Source: Bdellovibrionota bacterium (GTDB taxonomy: Bacteria > Bdellovibrionota_C > UBA2361 > JBGSMV01). Taken from it: a stretch of DNA of 64,000 bases. The translations under genes and the position numbers were made by a program. Location: positions 1 through 64,000 of the forward strand of contig JBIKWF010000004.1 in the NCBI GenBank assembly GCA_044356455.1. Direction: 5' to 3'. Shown one piece after another: positions 18,777 to 28,904 of the stretch (positions are counted from its first letter, which is position 1; every line of letters starts with the position of its first letter). A model generated the notes under the pieces. The model saw nothing but the letters and a program-made list of their open reading frames with translations, made no database searches and had not been told where the DNA came from.

Positions 18777-21251
18777 ATGTCACCGAGGAGTCTGATCGTG
18801 GAATCTACTACTACCCCCCCTGCGCCTCAATCAAAGCAAGCGAGGCGCTTCAAATCCCTTAGAAGTGTCTTGTTATTCATCGGTTCCATCATCATGCCGC
18901 TAGGCGCGCTAGGCGTAGAGATCGTGTCAGGTATGTGTGGATCGATATTCTTTGATCCGATTCCAAGCTCGGTTCATGTGCTTCTGATTGCCATGGTGCC
19001 GCTTGTTCATTTCTTGTGTTGGCAGAGACTTCGAAAGGGTAAGCCGTTTACGTCTCTCCAGGCTTTTGTGATTGGAGGAGCGCTTGCGACTTCGGCGTTT
19101 TATGCGGTACTTTTTGTTCCCCTCATGCCACTTGCGGTGATCTATACCGCCTATAGTTTTGCTGCCCTATTTCTTCCCGCACTTCTCACGCTGCTCCCGT
19201 TTGCACCACTTGCCTCTTTGCTCGCAGGACTCGCGAATCTTGCGAGGGCTCGCAAACAACATCTACTCCCTGCGCGAAGTATCGGAATAATTACTGCCGG
19301 GGCATTGGTTGTGCTGCTTTCTCTTGTTGCTCTTGAAGCTCCGCGAGTAATTGCGCGCGTGGGGAGCGAGCGCCTTGCCAAGGAGCCTCAAGCAGAAGGC
19401 GTGTTAACATTGATGCGCTTGCTGGCGGACCGAGGGACGCTGCTTAAGGCGAGCTATTCTGGCGTTGAGTGGGTTACTGACTTTGTTCAGTGGCTTACAA
19501 GCGCTGAGCGCGGAGTGTTTGGAAGAGGTTCAAGGCAGGCAAGTTCCGTTTCGATTGAGCAATCACGAGAAATTTACTTTCGAGTAACGGGAGAGCATTT
19601 CACTACGAAAGAGCGGCCAACCCCACGGAGGACGGGGTGGTTTAGCGATTTGGATTTTGACCAAGGCGGAGCGGCGGTAGGAGGGCTGGTTCCTTCTGTC
19701 CAGCTTGCGTCCTCAGCGCTCGACGGATCTATCGATGCAAAGGGTGCCTTGGCTTATATGGAATGGACTCTTGCCTTCACCAATAACTCTAGTCGCAATC
19801 ACGAAGCGCGCTTTGAAATTCTGCTTCCTGAAGGGAGCGTGGTCTCTAGAGCCACTCTTTGGATAGATGGAGAAGAGCAGGAGGCTGCGATTGGAGGTAG
19901 GGCAGAGGTTCGCGCGGCGTACCAAAAAATCGTTCAAGCACAAAGAGATCCCTTGCTGGTAACTTCCGCGGCTCCCGGGCGCATTCTTGTGCAGTGCTTC
20001 CCGGTGTCCTCAAAAGCGGGGCCGATGAAAATAAAGATAGGTGTGACAGCTCCGCTTAAGCTTCAATCTCTGGGCGCCGGTTCCATCACTCTGCCGGTGA
20101 TTGTGGCGAGAAATTTTTCTATTCCAGACAGTCTTCGGTCCTCGGTATGGCTCGAATCCAAGGGCGCCATGACTGGCCCCTCTGATCTATCTTCAGAGAA
20201 AGGAGATGGCGCCTTCGCTCTAAGAGGCTCTCTTGCACTTGCTCGCGAGGACTCTCAAGTCGTGAAGATTCATGTTGCTCGCGAAGCGCGCGCGCGCCAT
20301 GCCTGGGCTAAGGACTCGGGGAACAGTGAGGTCTTTCAAGAGCTGCGTGAAGAGGAACGACAACCTATTCGCCGCATAGCTTTGGTGCTAGATGGCTCCC
20401 TTGAGGTTGAGGCAAATAGAGCGGCGCTTGCCGAGGCGATTCGGCATTTGCCGACAGGTATTGAGCTTGGAGTATTCGTTGCGGCAGATGGTTCTCGGCA
20501 CTATGAGGACAGGCTCACTCTCACTTCAGAAGCAACGCTAGAGCAGTACGCTCGAAGAGTATTCGAGGAAAGCTTCTCCGGCGGTGTCGATAACGTTCCC
20601 GCGCTCGCTGCCGCCTGGGATAGCGCCGCGAAGGGAGAAAGGAGCCTCATCGTGTGGGTCCATGGTAACCAGCCGATTCCGTTCCCGAGTATCTCACAGC
20701 TTGCGCAAAGGTATGCTCGGCGTCCTCAGGGAACGCGCATCGTATCTCTCTCTCTTCGTCCCGGGGTAAATCGAATTGCTGAAGCTCCGGAACTTCAGCG
20801 CTACATAACTGAAAGTGATGCGCTCTGGGGTGATCCGAGTGGCCTTGCGCCCTTCATTTCGGACCTCACCTCCAAACATGTCACCCCAGTTGTTTCCCGC
20901 GCCAGGGTTTCCTGTAGCCCTCAGAGTTGCCAGCGGGAGCAGCAAACCTCGGATCATCTGGTTCGGTTGTTTGCGCTCTCAGAGATTGAAGAGCGCCTCG
21001 CGTCCGGGAAAAGAGCTGAGGCAGTCGCGCTCGCAATTCAGTACAGGCTCGTTACTTCCGCAAGCGGCGCCGTAGTTCTTGAGCGCGTAAGTGATTATGC
21101 AAAGGAGGGCCTCACGGCGCCTCCTGAGGCTTCGGGGAAAGTTGCCATCCCTGGGGTTCCAGAACCTGAGGAATGGATTCTGGTTCTCGTATCTTTTATC
21201 GCGGTGCTGCGGTTTCTTGTGACACAGCGCAGGAGCGCCGTGAATCTATGA
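18777..21251 (+). CDS. VIT domain protein with N-terminal TM region and PEP-CTERM-like sorting signal
   Basis: VIT motif EARFEILLPEGSVVSRATLWIDGEEQEA..AYQKIV..RDPLLV; vWA-like LVLDGS; C-terminal VPEPEEW + TM + RR. Confidence 0.88.
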   Translation: MSPRSLIVESTTTPPAPQSKQARRFKSLRSVLLFIGSIIMPLGALGVEIVSGMCGSIFFDPIPSSVHVLLIAMVPLVHFLCWQRLRKGKPFTSLQAFVIGGALATSAFYAVLFVPLMPLAVIYTAYSFAALFLPALLTLLPFAPLASLLAGLANLARARKQHLLPARSIGIITAGALVVLLSLVALEAPRVIARVGSERLAKEPQAEGVLTLMRLLADRGTLLKASYSGVEWVTDFVQWLTSAERGVFGRGSRQASSVSIEQSREIYFRVTGEHFTTKERPTPRRTGWFSDLDFDQGGAAVGGLVPSVQLASSALDGSIDAKGALAYMEWTLAFTNNSSRNHEARFEILLPEGSVVSRATLWIDGEEQEAAIGGRAEVRAAYQKIVQAQRDPLLVTSAAPGRILVQCFPVSSKAGPMKIKIGVTAPLKLQSLGAGSITLPVIVARNFSIPDSLRSSVWLESKGAMTGPSDLSSEKGDGAFALRGSLALAREDSQVVKIHVAREARARHAWAKDSGNSEVFQELREEERQPIRRIALVLDGSLEVEANRAALAEAIRHLPTGIELGVFVAADGSRHYEDRLTLTSEATLEQYARRVFEESFSGGVDNVPALAAAWDSAAKGERSLIVWVHGNQPIPFPSISQLAQRYARRPQGTRIVSLSLRPGVNRIAEAPELQRYITESDALWGDPSGLAPFISDLTSKHVTPVVSRARVSCSPQSCQREQQTSDHLVRLFALSEIEERLASGKRAEAVALAIQYRLVTSASGAVVLERVSDYAKEGLTAPPEASGKVAIPGVPEPEEWILVLVSFIAVLRFLVTQRRSAVNL

Positions 21252-22570
21252 ATCAGGTGGCGATGCGCAGGGTAGGGCAGGCATTTCTGCATCTTGCTTT
21301 GCTGTTAACTTTTTATCCCACCTGGACCTGGTATCTCGGGCGCATTACTGATGGAAGTGATGAGCCATGGGGTATTCTGTCTCTGCTCACGGCGTGTGCT
21401 GTATTGTTCTTCGTTCATCCCGTTCGAAGGACATATCCCATAGACGCCCTGCCGTTTGTGATGTTCTATGGAGCGGCACGCGGTTGCCTTAGTGCGCTAC
21501 CTTTAGGGGCTGTCGCCTTGATGGGGTGCGCAGCCTATTTAGGGCTGATACGAGAGCGGCGCTACTCTATAATCATGCTCCTGATGCTTTCGCTCCCGCT
21601 TCTTTCAAGCGTGCAGTTTTTTGCGGGTTACCCCCTCAGAGTGCTTGCAGGAAAGATAGCTGCTTTCATTCTCCAAGGAGGAGGCCTTCCCGTCACTTCC
21701 GCGGGCGCCATGTTATCTTTCCAAGACACGCTCGTCTGGATTGATGCTCCTTGCAGCGGTATTCGTACCTTTTGGAGCGCGAGTTTCGTGCTCGCGGCGA
21801 CAACGTCAGTAAGGGCTTGCACCGTTCGGCAGATGCTTCTTTGCTCGTTGATTGCTGCGCCCCTTGTGCTGATGGCCAATGTTGCAAGAATTAGCTTTCT
21901 TTTCCTCACGGAAAGTGGGCTCATCGCCGCTCCAGGCTGGTTTCATGAGGCCCTTGGACTGCTGATAGTGGTCAGTGTGATTTTGTTCGTGCTAGCTGTC
22001 GTGCAAGGCCTGTCGCAAGGCCGCGCTTCTTTCCCGACAGACGTCGCTGTGGAGCCATCCTCGTTATCTCAAAGTTCCCTTGCGGTGGTATGTTTATTAG
22101 TCCTTTTTCTGCCCTTAGGCAGAAGTACTCCTGTCTTTGCCGCGCAGGAGTTGCAGATTGAGTGGCCGACACGTTTTGAAGAACTCGCACTTGAGCCTCT
22201 TCCTTTGACCGAGCAAGACCTACGCTTTGGGAGAGATTTTCCCGGCAAATTTGGACGATTCCGCAGTGCGGGAAGGGAAGTTCTTATTCGCTATGTGACG
22301 CAGCCGACCCGCAAACTCCATCCTGTTTCCGACTGTTTGCGCGGCGCAGGGTATGCGGTTCAGCCTCTTCCTGCAGAGCGAGATTCCAAAGGGAGAGTGA
22401 AGAGCTGTGTGCGAGCTTCCCGGGACGGGAAGTCCCTAAAGCTTTGCGAATTTATAGAAGATGCTTCAGGGAGGGTTTTTTCAGATCCGTCGGAGTGGTT
22501 TTGGGCCGCTATTTTTGGCGGCTCACGAGGACCCTGGTTCGATTATGTGGTGAGCGAGGATATTGTGTAA
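21248..22570 (+). CDS. Exosortase-family transpeptidase (XrtQ-like by recollection) with C-terminal soluble domain
   Basis: DGSDEPWG; Cys/Arg/His triad in DAPCSGIR, NVARI, HEALG; ATGA overlap with the VIT gene. Confidence 0.85.
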   Translation: MNQVAMRRVGQAFLHLALLLTFYPTWTWYLGRITDGSDEPWGILSLLTACAVLFFVHPVRRTYPIDALPFVMFYGAARGCLSALPLGAVALMGCAAYLGLIRERRYSIIMLLMLSLPLLSSVQFFAGYPLRVLAGKIAAFILQGGGLPVTSAGAMLSFQDTLVWIDAPCSGIRTFWSASFVLAATTSVRACTVRQMLLCSLIAAPLVLMANVARISFLFLTESGLIAAPGWFHEALGLLIVVSVILFVLAVVQGLSQGRASFPTDVAVEPSSLSQSSLAVVCLLVLFLPLGRSTPVFAAQELQIEWPTRFEELALEPLPLTEQDLRFGRDFPGKFGRFRSAGREVLIRYVTQPTRKLHPVSDCLRGAGYAVQPLPAERDSKGRVKSCVRASRDGKSLKLCEFIEDASGRVFSDPSEWFWAAIFGGSRGPWFDYVVSEDIV

Positions 22571-22607
22571 TTGATTCGCGGGCACGAGCGCTCTGAAGAG
22601 CGGGTTT

Positions 22608-23852
22608 ATGCCCCCCTATGAACTCTTTCTATGCCGATCAGTCGCCCTCCTGACGGCTATAACCGGTTTCATGACGGGCACAATGAATAGCCACCAAAGC
22701 GTACTTGGCAGCGCTCGAAAGACGAGGCCCTCCGCATTGGAAGTGGATAGCGGTGTTTCTGCAAGGCAATCTGTTGTCCCATCGGAGGACTCTTCGCTGC
22801 TTTCAAAGGTCACCTTTGGATTACTTGGGGGACACCGAGCAGAGCAACTTAAAGCCGAGAAAGAGGATATCAGTTCGGGGCCGGTCACTGTTGAGACGGT
22901 CCAAAAAATGCGACGCGAGCTTCCGCGCTATATTACTGAAGCCCGAGATGAGCTGCCTTCTGATGGCAGCTCTCCATCCGTGGGTACCGCAAAGAAAATT
23001 TGGCGCCTTTGGGAAAAATTCACCAATTTGGCTCCTACTCCGTGGAATACTCTTCTCAAATTCGGAACTCCTGTCGCTGCAGCGACCACGGGCCTTGTTT
23101 TTTATCAGGCGATTGTCCAGCTCGGGATTGAAGGCGTAAAAGTTGCGGGAAGTCTGGCCGCTCCCCTCGGTATTGCGGCAGGATTTCTGGTCCCGGCGTT
23201 TTCCGCCGACAGGCTTCTAAGTCTTGGAGAGAAGTTTTTTAAGTCTGAGCCCATCACGGGGTGGAAACGCCAAGCGCTTCTTAGGCCAGCTCAAGGAGCC
23301 TTGCTCCTAGGCGCCGCAGTTTGGGCGCAGACCATGAATCTCAATATGCTTACCTTTGGTGTGTGGGCAGCTGCGGCGGTTGGTACCGCGGTAGTCGCAA
23401 CAAAATTTATCAAGAGTGCCCCCAAAACAATCTGGGCCGCAGCAGCGATGGCAATAATTCTTCCCTGGGGCCACCTTGCAACCATGCGCTCCTATGACGT
23501 GACCGTGCTGAGTGCCGGACCCGATCCGGAAGTGGCGGCATGGAATATAGGCACAGACTTGACGGTCAAGGATCACTGGAAGGGGCTTTTTGGAGTTGGG
23601 GCGCAATCAGCACCAAGCGCCAAGAGTGGCATGGTCTTTATCAATCGAGATGTACCACTTTATCTTCCCCCGCACCGCTCCGCGAATGCGTTTAATGCTG
23701 ATTTCACGACTCTTGTGGGAAAGCAAGTGCGCGTGACGACGATAGGGGGCTGGATGAAGTTTGTTTCTCCAAAGTTGCAGCCGACTATTGTGAAGTATGA
23801 AGTGATTTCTCCGCCTTCTAGTCCGGTGCAAATTCTTCAGCCTGCGAAATAG
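22608..23852 (+). CDS. Hypothetical membrane protein
   Basis: 414-aa ORF with several hydrophobic segments; start uncertain. Confidence 0.6.
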   Translation: MPPYELFLCRSVALLTAITGFMTGTMNSHQSVLGSARKTRPSALEVDSGVSARQSVVPSEDSSLLSKVTFGLLGGHRAEQLKAEKEDISSGPVTVETVQKMRRELPRYITEARDELPSDGSSPSVGTAKKIWRLWEKFTNLAPTPWNTLLKFGTPVAAATTGLVFYQAIVQLGIEGVKVAGSLAAPLGIAAGFLVPAFSADRLLSLGEKFFKSEPITGWKRQALLRPAQGALLLGAAVWAQTMNLNMLTFGVWAAAAVGTAVVATKFIKSAPKTIWAAAAMAIILPWGHLATMRSYDVTVLSAGPDPEVAAWNIGTDLTVKDHWKGLFGVGAQSAPSAKSGMVFINRDVPLYLPPHRSANAFNADFTTLVGKQVRVTTIGGWMKFVSPKLQPTIVKYEVISPPSSPVQILQPAK

Positions 23853-23900
23853 AATCTGTAGAGGAGCGCGGATCCACATGCAGAGGCGATTGCGGCGAGA

Positions 23901-24339
23901 TTTAACGCGAAGGACGCGATGGGCACGAAGGGGGGAGTGAATTTACGACCCTGACAATTCCGTGCCTGAGATGAGTAGTGTTGAAGTTGAGCAAGAGTCC
24001 CACGCTTTTGTGTGCAAGCTTCAGGTATGTCAGCAATTGCGCCTTATGAACTGAGACCAGGTTTTCGACGGACTTAATTTCTAAGATCAGCGAGTCTTCG
24101 ACCAACAGGTCGATTCTGTACCCAATATCTAGCTGCACACCGCCGTAGACGACCGGTAAGCCAACCTCCGCAATTACCTTGAGGCCAGCTTCGGTAATTT
24201 CATGCTTGAGGCAGACCTTATACACCTCCTCAAATAGTCCTGGGCCAAGAGTGGAGTGTAACTTTAGTGCTGCGCAGATAACTTTACTGCTTAATGAATC
24301 GAACTTTTCCTTCGTGCCCATCGCGTCCTTCGCGTTAAA
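23901..24339. mobile_element. 439-bp unit bounded by perfect 31-bp inverted repeats and carrying only the GxxExxY gene
   Basis: TTTAACGCGAAGGACGCGATGGGCACGAAGG (23901-23931) and its exact reverse complement (24309-24339). The repeats are seen directly; mobility is inferred. Confidence 0.75.
23902..24321 (-). CDS. GxxExxY protein (PD-(D/E)xK nuclease superfamily)
   Basis: LGPGLFEEVY, YRIDLLVE..ILEIKS, HKAQLLTYLK, GLLLNF. Confidence 0.95.
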   Translation of the reverse strand: MGTKEKFDSLSSKVICAALKLHSTLGPGLFEEVYKVCLKHEITEAGLKVIAEVGLPVVYGGVQLDIGYRIDLLVEDSLILEIKSVENLVSVHKAQLLTYLKLAHKSVGLLLNFNTTHLRHGIVRVVNSLPPSCPSRPSR

Positions 24340-24502
24340 GCTACCTAATCGCGAATTCCGGCCAAAAGTTGCTTACAACCCCCAAATGCATAAAATGCAG
24401 GGAGAACAACCTGCTCGTGGATGATGCCTTCGGCCCGCTACAACCTGGGCCGCCGCCACAACCTGGGACGGTGTTACGTAAAGTTTTGTAACTGCTTCCT
24501 AC

Positions 24503-24994
24503 ATGACAACAGTCTCAATCCGACCATTTAGAGAATCCGATGCCGAAGCTGTCTTTAAGCTGCGAGCGGAGGCCTTTGTAACCCAATTTTTAGAAGAGCT
24601 TGGCCCGGAGCGGTGCGCAGCTGTCATCAACGCATACATGCCGAGTGATTATTTTCGCATGGCGCAGGAGATGAAATTTTTCATCGCAGAGAATGCAGGC
24701 GCGCCCATTGGATTCTACGCAATTAAACTTGATGACGAGAAAACGGCGGAATTGTTGTTTCTTTATATTTCTACAAAGTCGCTTCGCCAAGGAATCGGTT
24801 CGCAATTGATTCGGCACTCAGAAGAGTGGATTCGTAAAAATTGGCCGCATGCCAAAACGTATGTAGTCGATACGGGAATTCCCAAATACAACAGCGATTT
24901 CTATCGTAGAATGGGATTTGTGGACTCTGGGATGAGTGCCTGCCCGTTTCCTGATCTACCTATACCTGCGTTGAGACTTTCAAAGGTGCTCTGA
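24503..24994 (+). CDS. GNAT N-acetyltransferase
   Basis: IRPFRESD, LYI..LRQGIGSQLI, FYRRMGF. Confidence 0.9.
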   Translation: MTTVSIRPFRESDAEAVFKLRAEAFVTQFLEELGPERCAAVINAYMPSDYFRMAQEMKFFIAENAGAPIGFYAIKLDDEKTAELLFLYISTKSLRQGIGSQLIRHSEEWIRKNWPHAKTYVVDTGIPKYNSDFYRRMGFVDSGMSACPFPDLPIPALRLSKVL

Positions 24995-25234
24995 GCGTCT
25001 ACTCTTGCCTCCTCTTATCTCATCAGAATCCCATTTTCTAGGAAGCGCTCCTCCGAGAACGCATCTGAGGGCTGGTTCGCTTTTACTCTGAATCCTTTGC
25101 TTTATTAACTCTCCCCATAGTGCGAACTAGACTCTGGTCCTGATTCCACTCGTTTTGTTTTTGTCTTGAAGCTTTAGCGCGGCACTCCTTCGTGAGACTC
25201 GCGCATTCCCATTGTCCTTGGAGACTCTGCCTGT

Positions 25235-26101
25235 ATGTTGCACCATTCATCCGAGCCAGCTCCACAACGATCGCATCATAAAGAGCGCGCGTGGTGCCCA
25301 GTTGAAAGTCTCTCTGAAGGGAAGTTCTCAAGAGCGAATCTTGACCAGTTACTGCGTGGGGAAGTTGGCGCCTTAATCCTCCCTAACTTTTTGACCGAGA
25401 CCCAAGCACTTCAAACAGCCGGAGCGCTCGACAGTTCGTCGCTTCAGTCGAATTACAAAACGCTAAGAGACCGTTTAACGAAAATCGGTTCGACGCTTTA
25501 TGAAAATCTAGGTGGTAAGGACCCTTCCCCAGAAACGATACGTGAGTATTTGGAGAATGCGGCAGCTTTCTCGGCGGCAATCGAAGAGATCTGCGCCGAG
25601 TTTGGACAATCTCCAATGAGCAGGCTTCAGCAGCTTCTTGGCTCAAAACTTGGCGCGCGCAAGCTTGAATTCGCGGGCAAGGAAGCCTTCGCTGGTTTAG
25701 TGAGAGTTGTTCGCAAGGGAAATGAGATCCTTCCACACCAAGATGAATTGGGAGAGGACATGCCGAGCCTGGATTTCGCGCAGCGCCTCAAAGAGCCCGG
25801 CGGTCAATTCGCCGTGAACGTATATTTACAAGTACCGGAGCAAGGGGGAGAGCTGCAATTGTGGCGTCAGCGCTATACTGCAGGTCAGATGGCGAATATG
25901 AGGTTGGCCAGCAGTGACTACGGCATCGACCCGGCGCTTCTTCCGCTCCCTGATGCGGTGATAAAGCCCAAGGTAGGTGACCTCATCCTTTTTGACTCTT
26001 CACGTATGCATGCAGTAGCGAAATCATTCGGAATCCCAAGGGTCAGTATTTCGATGTTTCTCGGTGTTGCAAGCACGGGCGAAGCTCGTTACTGGAGCTA
26101 G
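25235..26101 (+). CDS. 2OG-Fe(II) oxygenase (proline hydroxylase-like)
   Basis: PHQD, NVYLQVPEQGGEL, GDLILFDSSRMHAV, RVS facial-triad and 2OG motifs; start uncertain. Confidence 0.85.
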   Translation: MLHHSSEPAPQRSHHKERAWCPVESLSEGKFSRANLDQLLRGEVGALILPNFLTETQALQTAGALDSSSLQSNYKTLRDRLTKIGSTLYENLGGKDPSPETIREYLENAAAFSAAIEEICAEFGQSPMSRLQQLLGSKLGARKLEFAGKEAFAGLVRVVRKGNEILPHQDELGEDMPSLDFAQRLKEPGGQFAVNVYLQVPEQGGELQLWRQRYTAGQMANMRLASSDYGIDPALLPLPDAVIKPKVGDLILFDSSRMHAVAKSFGIPRVSISMFLGVASTGEARYWS

Positions 26102-26222
26102 GGAACCGTTAAAAACCAACCTCTGTGTACCTCTGGGCCCTCTGTGGTGAAATTTTGTCAAGAAATTCACCACAGAGGACACGAAGGTACACAGAGGTGT
26201 AGTAAGAATAGAGATTCCCTAG
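26098..26222. repeat. Family A repeat, copy 3 (subtype with 10/9-bp units), starting on the TAG stop of the oxygenase gene
   Basis: CTAG-GGAACCGTTAAAAA..CCTCTGTGTA CCTCTGGGC CCTCTGTGGTG..CACCACAGAGG ACACGAAGG TACACAGAGG..GATTCC-CTAG. Confidence 0.9.
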
Positions 26223-26264
26223 TAACAGATTACGAGGCTTGTCTACAAATGATAGGATAGCGCT

Positions 26265-26777
26265 ATGGGCAACACTTCAAATCAACATATCACCTGGAAG
26301 GGCAAGCCACTTACGGTTCTAGGTCGTGAATTACATGTGGGAGAAAAGGCACCCCCCTTACGACTTGTAGGGAATGATCTTCAGGACATAACCAGCGAGC
26401 AGTTTAAAGGTAAGCGCCTCGTCATTTCTGTGGTGCCCTCTCTTGATACGTCAACCTGCGCGGTCCAAACAAAGAGATTCAATCAAGAGGCTGAGAAGTA
26501 TGCAGTTGATGTGGTGATACTAACCGTGAGCGAAGATCTGCCTTTTGCGCAGGCGCGCTGGTGTGGGGCGGAAGGAGTTAAGAATGTAATTACGGCAAGT
26601 AATTATAAGTATCGCAATTTTGGCGATGATTTTGGGGTGCATATTCAAGATCTGGGTCTGCTTGCCCGAGCGGTGTTTGTTGTCGACCAGAGCAATACCA
26701 TCACGCATGTTGAATATGTGGAGAATTTAAGCGCTGAACCGGACTATGCTGCGGTGATGAAGGTCCTCGTTGCCTAG
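26265..26777 (+). CDS. tpx: Thiol peroxidase (atypical 2-Cys peroxiredoxin)
   Basis: VPSLDTSTC, DLPFAQARWCGAEG, LLARAVFV, EPDY. Confidence 0.95.
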   Translation: MGNTSNQHITWKGKPLTVLGRELHVGEKAPPLRLVGNDLQDITSEQFKGKRLVISVVPSLDTSTCAVQTKRFNQEAEKYAVDVVILTVSEDLPFAQARWCGAEGVKNVITASNYKYRNFGDDFGVHIQDLGLLARAVFVVDQSNTITHVEYVENLSAEPDYAAVMKVLVA

Positions 26778-26957
26778 GGATTCTCATCATCTCATCTTTG
26801 TAGGCTAGGACACCGAAGGACCTAGCTCCAAGTTTATTGACATTTAGGATGGAGATTCAAACGCTCTACGTGGTGTGGTGTGGTGTATGGCGGCGCGGTA
26901 AGGAGCATCAGAACGGCCTTGCAACGTTCGTTCTTGAACGGTAAGGATCCATCCAAT

Positions 26958-27584
26958 ATGTCAAAGAAGAAGACAGAGAGTGCGGTGGGCGGATCGTCCG
27001 CCAAAGGCAGGACCGCCTCGCGCACGGCAAAGAAGAAGGCGCCCGCGAAGCTGAAGTCAGAGACGTTCGCTATCCCGATCGGCGGTCCCCTATTGCCGAA
27101 GTTCCGCGACATGTCAAAAGCCGCGGGGATGACACCTGCGCAGCTCGGGGAGCGCTTGATCGACAACTGCGTGTCCACATCACCGCTGTTAAATGACGCG
27201 AAGCGTCATGCAAGGGTGAAACGGCTGGCGAAACTGATCGGCACGCTCCCGGGGGTCAAGGGCCCCGTGGCGCATAACGCATCTGATCAGTGGTTCTGGT
27301 GGGTGAAGTTCACTATCGACACGCGGCATGCGCTGGCGTGGCATGTGATCCAGCGGCTCGGTTACGTCTTCAACTACTACTCGATAGAGCAGCATTTTGA
27401 TACAAAGTTCATGCCCGTTTCGCCGCCGCCGGACCTCAATGGAGGGCCACGCCAGTATCTGAGCTGGGTGGTGGAAGCGACGTTAGGGTTCTATGACCCC
27501 GGCCCTTCTATGGAGGCGTTGCGGCGTGAGCTGCCGCAGAACGTGAAGAGCAAGGCCGAGTGGATGCGGTACGACGATGCATAG
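26958..27584 (+). CDS. Hypothetical protein
   Basis: Basic N-terminus; WWVKFTID..LAWHVIQRLGYV..FMPVSPPP..GGP..LSWVVE core; visibly GC-richer codon usage. Confidence 0.7.
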   Translation: MSKKKTESAVGGSSAKGRTASRTAKKKAPAKLKSETFAIPIGGPLLPKFRDMSKAAGMTPAQLGERLIDNCVSTSPLLNDAKRHARVKRLAKLIGTLPGVKGPVAHNASDQWFWWVKFTIDTRHALAWHVIQRLGYVFNYYSIEQHFDTKFMPVSPPPDLNGGPRQYLSWVVEATLGFYDPGPSMEALRRELPQNVKSKAEWMRYDDA

Positions 27585-27860
27585 AGTCTATATTCCTAAC
27601 GATGACTGTCCCTGAAGTGCCTTAATCGAACCTTGCAGCCAAACATTTCATTTTTCGAGCTCAAAGCTCCCTGCTGCTTAACAAGCTGTTCGATCTCCTC
27701 GAATGGTCGCATGATTCTCTTCTCAATTAGGATGCGCTGTTTTTAGCTCTCACTCTTTCTAGGCGATACCTGGGGCTGGTGGGACGGATACGGGCCAAAT
27801 GAACCACTGCGCACATGAATCATGATTAGATGGGTTTGGAAGCAGCTTGAAAGCTTGCGG

Positions 27861-28250
27861 CTATAGCTTCCGCGTATCGGCGCCGACACGACGCCTGCGC
27901 ACTAGGTAAAGAATAGCCCCTGAATAGGTCCCAATAACAGGGCCCCAAGGAAAGCCACCGAACTTGCCGGCCTGATCAAAAAACTCCGGGTCGCAGCCAA
28001 AACCACAAACTAAAGACAATCTGTAGATAGGCAGAATGGATAAAATACACCCAAGAACGAAAAGGACCCATATCATGTACTTTCGGAAGTGCTCAGGTAC
28101 GCAGAACATTCCCGCTGCCATAAATTCGGTCGCTACGGCAAATGAGGTGAGTCCCAGCACGAGATGCGCCCGAAGTGGGAGGCCCAATGTCCCTGATGTG
28201 TTTGCGGGGGGAAGAGATGGCTCAGGAGGGGCATCACAAAAAAGGCGCAC
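27861..28250 (-). CDS. Hypothetical small membrane protein
   Basis: Three hydrophobic segments; may be a fragment. Confidence 0.4.
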   Translation of the reverse strand: MRLFCDAPPEPSLPPANTSGTLGLPLRAHLVLGLTSFAVATEFMAAGMFCVPEHFRKYMIWVLFVLGCILSILPIYRLSLVCGFGCDPEFFDQAGKFGGFPWGPVIGTYSGAILYLVRRRRVGADTRKL

Positions 28251-28436
28251 AAGGCTGCTAATGCTGCGCCAATAAGTGCGCCGACCGGCGAAAGGATAAC
28301 TCGAAAAACCTCAAAAGCTTTCATTTTTTTTCACGCCCATTAAGTCGATCGATTCCATGGTAGTTTTTGCACGTTGCAGAGCTTCTTCCGTCAATTGTAA
28401 ATTGAAGTCCTACGAACCGAATAGGTAGATTTTCAT

Positions 28437-28904
28437 ATGCTTGGTCCCGTTTATCCATGTTTCGCACCGGTTCCCCTCGCCGCAGCCGTGGGAATGAAAG
28501 CTCGGGAGATAACCTGGCCAAGTAAAAGCAAGATGCATCCATCCTTTGGTGATGAGGAGATCCCACTTAGTCAGCTGATCGTCGTGAAATTTGACATCTG
28601 TTTTAAGAATGAGACGCACGCACTCAGTTGCGCCATACGGCCTTATCCAGCCCATTTTTTTACGATTTGTGATACGAGATCAAACACTGCGCCCATGGTT
28701 ATGGGAGGAGCGATTTTGGCGGATGAAAAAGTTTCAGATTTTAGAACCCATAGAATATTTTCTTTGAAAGAATCAAAAACAATAAATTCAATTCGACAGT
28801 CGCGCCCTGATCTCAGCGATGGAATTGGGTTGAGGCATCTTTTTTTTATTTTTGACGACGCAATCTTGGAATTTCTATCACCTCATTTAATTTGTTGGCT
28901 CTAA
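28437..28904 (+). CDS. Hypothetical protein (immunity-protein-like C-terminus)
   Basis: AT-rich ORF ending RHLFFIFDDAILEFLS. Confidence 0.4.
   Translation: MLGPVYPCFAPVPLAAAVGMKAREITWPSKSKMHPSFGDEEIPLSQLIVVKFDICFKNETHALSCAIRPYPAHFFTICDTRSNTAPMVMGGAILADEKVSDFRTHRIFSLKESKTINSIRQSRPDLSDGIGLRHLFFIFDDAILEFLSPHLICWL

Noticed and set aside
23890..24350. Classical IS (DDE) interpretation of the GxxExxY unit
   Set aside because: No DDE, HUH or Ser/Tyr motifs in the ORF and no flanking direct repeat.
24435..24467. Direct repeat CCGCYACAACCTGGG x2 near the GxxExxY element
   Set aside because: Only two copies, both on one side and about 95 bp from the inverted repeat, so not a target duplication.
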